DNA of 64,000 nucleotides. Origin: Nitrosopumilus sp. GTDB taxonomy: Archaea > Thermoproteota > Nitrososphaeria > Nitrososphaerales > Nitrosopumilaceae. Shown piece after piece: positions 60,817 through 64,000 of the stretch. Position 1 is the first letter of the stretch, and every line of letters starts with the position of its first letter. Where the stretch lies: NCBI GenBank assembly GCA_963667665.2, contig OY763927.2:1600001-1664000 (forward strand), read 5' to 3'. A program made the translations under genes and the position numbers. The notes beneath the pieces were generated by a model. The model saw only the letters and a list, made by a program, of their open reading frames with translations, made no database searches and was not told where the DNA came from.

Positions 60817-60890
60817 GCAGTCATAGTATAGCCTGGTTAGTATTCGGGGTTTCCAACCCTGTGACGCGGGTTCGAATCCCGCTGACTGCA
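60817..60890 (+). tRNA. tRNA-Gly (TCC)
   Basis: Acceptor stem GCAGTCA/TGACTGC, anticodon arm CGGGG-TTTCCAA-CCCTG, T-loop GGTTCGAATCC; no encoded CCA; followed by T run. Confidence 0.97.
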
Positions 60891-60941
60891 TTTTTTCATA
60901 ATAATGAGAACCAATTTTTAGGTGTACTTTAAGAAATAATT

Positions 60942-61244
60942 GTGAAACCTGCAGTTAGAAAAATTGCAATGGAGAGAATGCAGATTCTTATTGAAAATGC
61001 AATAACTAATGCAAAAACAAATCCTGAACTTTCTCAAAGACAAGCTTTTCTTGCTCGTAGGATTAGTAGTAGACATAAAATTCGAATGCCGTATGAGCTC
61101 AGGATGGTTTTTTGTAAAAAATGCAAGTCCTTTATTGCGCCTGGAATTAATTCTAGAATTCGTCTAGGAAGAGCATCTGTAAAGTCGATCAGAATTTCTT
61201 GTTACTTGTGTGGGCATACTTACCGGAAAATAATGCCTCAATGA
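60942..61244 (+). CDS. rnp4: ribonuclease P protein subunit Rpp21
   Basis: IAMERMQIL, FCKKCKSFIAPG..SRIR, CYLCG. Confidence 0.92.
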   Translation: MKPAVRKIAMERMQILIENAITNAKTNPELSQRQAFLARRISSRHKIRMPYELRMVFCKKCKSFIAPGINSRIRLGRASVKSIRISCYLCGHTYRKIMPQ

Positions 61245-61275
61245 TTTATAAGACGATTCTCAATTTTTCCACTTT

Positions 61276-61728
61276 ATGGCAAAAGTGTATGATGTACCAG
61301 CAGATGTATTGATAAGAAGACTAGCAGATATTCTAAAGAATGAAGATATTCCTGCACCTTCATGGATTCCATTTGTCAAAACTGGAGCTCATGCTGATAA
61401 ACCACCTCAAGATAGAGAATGGTGGTATGCTAGATGTGCATCATTGATGAGAAAAATTTACCTTAATGGTCCTATTGGAATTAATGAATTAAGAAATGAT
61501 TATGGCGGTGGTAGACCATCAGGATACGGAGCTGCACACCACAAAGATGCTAGTGGCGCAATTATTCGTAATGCTATTCACGGATTAGAAAAACTTGGTT
61601 ATGTAGAAAAAGTCGAGAAGAAAGGCCGTATCATTTCCAAACAAGGAATGCAAAAACTAGATAGACTAGCAACAGAAATTCTTAAAGAAATGATTGTAGA
61701 AAATCCTCAATTGAAAATATACTCTTAG
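61276..61728 (+). CDS. rps19e: 30S ribosomal protein S19e
   Basis: VYDVPAD, FVKTG, WWYARCAS.MRKIY, LEKLGYVEK. Confidence 0.97.
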   Translation: MAKVYDVPADVLIRRLADILKNEDIPAPSWIPFVKTGAHADKPPQDREWWYARCASLMRKIYLNGPIGINELRNDYGGGRPSGYGAAHHKDASGAIIRNAIHGLEKLGYVEKVEKKGRIISKQGMQKLDRLATEILKEMIVENPQLKIYS

Positions 61729-61735
61729 ATTAAAA

Positions 61736-62083
61736 ATGAGTTTTCCAAATTCGGATGAACCAGAATATCATGGACATTCCCATAATGATGGAACAGAACC
61801 TCATTCACATGATGGTTCAGAACCTCATGAACATTCACATAGTGAGACAGAAATTTCAGCACAAAAAGATCAGATTCTAAAACAAATTCTTACATCAGAA
61901 GCTAGATCACGATTAAACAATATCAAAATGGTAAAACCAGAGTTGTCTAATCTTGTAGAACAATATCTTATTGGAATGGCAACTCAAGGAAAAATTCGAG
62001 GTCAACTAACTGATGATCAACTAAAGCAAATATTGCTATCTATTCAGCAGCCTAAACGCGATTTTAAGATGAGTAGAATCTGA
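61736..62083 (+). CDS. PDCD5-like dsDNA-binding protein with His-rich N-terminus
   Basis: ILTSEARSRLNNIKMVKPE, LTDDQLKQIL; follows rps19e. Confidence 0.9.
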   Translation: MSFPNSDEPEYHGHSHNDGTEPHSHDGSEPHEHSHSETEISAQKDQILKQILTSEARSRLNNIKMVKPELSNLVEQYLIGMATQGKIRGQLTDDQLKQILLSIQQPKRDFKMSRI

Positions 62084-62124
62084 TCCCAATAAAATATAAT
62101 TATGGGTCATAACTCGGTTTAGTC

Positions 62125-63201
62125 ATGAAAGCCGTTGTTTACACTGAATACGCACCAGATGATAATTTTGCTAAAATTCTCAAAGTCCAGGATATAGATG
62201 ATCCAAAACCAAAAGCAGATGAAGTAGTTTTCGAAGTTAAATCTGCTGCAATAAATTTTAATGATATTTGGGGAATGAGGGGAAATCCAGTTCCTGTTCC
62301 ATTACCACATGTGTCAGGTTCTGATGCAGCTGGAGATGTAATTGCAGTAGGTGATGATGTTCAAAATATCAAAGTTGGAGACAGAGTAGTTTCTCATTCT
62401 AACATGTCATGCAGAGTTTGTAAAGCGTGTACTGATGGTAGAGAATTTGATTGTATTAAAAGAACTATTTGGGGATTCCAAACTGGTCCAACATGGGGAG
62501 CCTTTTGTGAAATTACTCATTTACCAGAAGTTAATGTAGCAAAAATTCCAGAAGGAGTATCATATGATCAAGCAGCCGCTGCATCAATGACTTTACTGAC
62601 ATCATGGCACATGTTAGTTGGAAGAGCCAAAATTACACCAGGACAAACTGTCTTGATTATGGGTGGTGGTTCTGGAGTAGGTAGTTTCGGTATTCAAATT
62701 GCAAAATTATACAATTGTGATGTTATTGCAACAGCAAGTCCAAATAAACTAGACAAATGTCTCGCACTTGGAGCAGATTATGCAGTAGATCATAGAAAAG
62801 AAGATTGGCATAAAGAAGTTAGAGCAATTACAAAAGATATAGCAAAGAAGAAAGGTGAAGTACCAGGAATTGATGTCTCCTTTGATCACATTGGTGAAAC
62901 ACACTGGAACAAACAACTAACCTTACTCAAATATGGTGCAACTCTTGTTTCATGTGGAGCAACAACAGGTTATGATGCTAAGACTGATCTAAGACATGTT
63001 TTCTTTAAAGGAACTAACATTTTAGGTTCAACACAAGGAACAAAAGCTGAACTTGAACAAGGTCTTTACTGGATGGGTCAAGGTAAAATCAAAGCAACAA
63101 TTGATTCAACTAATACCTTTGAAGAAGCAGCAGAGGCCCACACCAAGATGTTAACTGGAAACCTCTTTGGCAAAGTCTTATTGAAGCCAGAAGGCGCTTA
63201 A
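62125..63201 (+). CDS. zinc-binding medium-chain dehydrogenase/reductase (quinone/enoyl-CoA reductase-like)
   Basis: PHVSGSDAAG, structural Zn CRVCKAC...C, GGGSGVG, CGATTG. Confidence 0.9.
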   Translation: MKAVVYTEYAPDDNFAKILKVQDIDDPKPKADEVVFEVKSAAINFNDIWGMRGNPVPVPLPHVSGSDAAGDVIAVGDDVQNIKVGDRVVSHSNMSCRVCKACTDGREFDCIKRTIWGFQTGPTWGAFCEITHLPEVNVAKIPEGVSYDQAAAASMTLLTSWHMLVGRAKITPGQTVLIMGGGSGVGSFGIQIAKLYNCDVIATASPNKLDKCLALGADYAVDHRKEDWHKEVRAITKDIAKKKGEVPGIDVSFDHIGETHWNKQLTLLKYGATLVSCGATTGYDAKTDLRHVFFKGTNILGSTQGTKAELEQGLYWMGQGKIKATIDSTNTFEEAAEAHTKMLTGNLFGKVLLKPEGA

Positions 63202-63208
63202 TCAATTA

Positions 63209-64000
63209 ATGACACAGCTTTTTCGTAGTCTCATTTTTGTACCAGGAAATAATTCAAGATTTCTTGAAAAAGCAAAAAAGTTACAGGCTGACATTGTTTG
63301 TTTTGATCTAGAAGATTCAGTTCCAGATAATGAAAAAGTAAATGCAAGGAAACTAATCAAATCTGCATTAAAATTTCGTAAATCATATGAATCTTCAATT
63401 TTTGTTCGCACCAATTCTCCGACATCTGGAAAAATTCAATCTGATCTTAAAGAAATAGTTCAAAAAGGTATTGATGGAATTGTAATTCCTAAAGTAAACA
63501 ATATCAAAGATATGAAAAAAATTGAAAAAATTCTATCTGGGTTAGAAAAGACTCGAAAATTAAAACCAATTCAAATAATTCCTTCTATTGAATCTGCAGA
63601 GGGCGTGGTTAACACATTTAGCATTGCATCTTTTGGAAAAAGAGTTTTTGCAGTAGTTTTTGGTGTTTTTGATCTACTAAATGATCTAGGAGTTGAATAT
63701 ACCAAAGAATCTGAAGGTGCCAAGTATTCAAGAACAAAAATTCCTGTTGATGCACATGCAGCTGGAGTTGCAGCGATAGATGCAATTTGGCAAGATCTTA
63801 AAGATTCTAAAGGATTAGAAAAAGATTGCAAAATTGGCAAAAGTCTTGGATATTCTGGAAAAAGTATCATTCATCCAGATCAAATATCTGTTGTACACAA
63901 ATTGTTTCATCCAAACAAAAGTGAAATTTTGTGGGCTGAGAAAGTCTGTAAAATCTATCTCCAGTCAACAAAGAAAGGAAAGGGTGCTACAACAGTTGAT
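63209..64000 (+). CDS. CitE/HpcH-family CoA-ester lyase, 3' end runs off window
   Basis: MTQLFRSLIFVPGN...FDLEDSVP, VRTN, IPKV, IESAEG, GKSIIHPDQI. Confidence 0.92.
   Translation, partial: MTQLFRSLIFVPGNNSRFLEKAKKLQADIVCFDLEDSVPDNEKVNARKLIKSALKFRKSYESSIFVRTNSPTSGKIQSDLKEIVQKGIDGIVIPKVNNIKDMKKIEKILSGLEKTRKLKPIQIIPSIESAEGVVNTFSIASFGKRVFAVVFGVFDLLNDLGVEYTKESEGAKYSRTKIPVDAHAAGVAAIDAIWQDLKDSKGLEKDCKIGKSLGYSGKSIIHPDQISVVHKLFHPNKSEILWAEKVCKIYLQSTKKGKGATTVD

Noticed and set aside
60817-60890. tRNA-Gly as an integration site
   Set aside because: Flanked by core genes; no integrase or duplicated tRNA 3' end seen.
827-63870. Numerous 60-130 aa track ORFs antisense to or nested in well-supported genes
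   Set aside because: Shadow ORFs with no motifs, fully overlapping confident CDSs.
62125-64000. Assigning the MDR dehydrogenase and CitE-like lyase (and the thiolase at 52049) to specific 3-hydroxypropionate/4-hydroxybutyrate cycle steps
   Set aside because: Plausible for this lineage, but substrate specificity cannot be read from motifs alone.

Overview
AT-rich archaeal chromosome segment that reads as a marine ammonia-oxidising thaumarchaeote (Nitrosopumilus-like). The evidence is the archaeal pantoate kinase/PPS CoA pathway, a split A-type ATP synthase locus around an Amt transporter, PEFG-CTERM and CFI-box-CTERM surface proteins, blue-copper proteins, Rpp21/S19e/PDCD5 and tRNA-Gly(TCC). 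Most of the window is core metabolism. Three regions stand out. (1) An accessory island at ~13.2-17.8 kb has an amber-interrupted, possibly TGT-fold gene, a second SAMHD1/YwfO-type HD hydrolase paired with a YwgA/Panacea-like protein, and Zn-finger/HNH-like microproteins; it is a candidate nucleotide-depletion defence or toxin-antitoxin module. (2) A metal/copper surface-protein cluster at 36.5-49.1 kb has a ~535-bp direct-repeat cassette, a 12-bp VNTR and several proteins predicted to mature with N-terminal His. (3) A winged-helix + ATP-cone + catalytically dead class III RNR fusion sits directly upstream of the class II RNR nrdJ and is a candidate nucleotide-sensing regulator. Several genes appear to use non-canonical CTG/ATC starts, and about ten small ORFs missing from the ORF track were read by hand. 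All family assignments come from motif recognition; no database searches were run.
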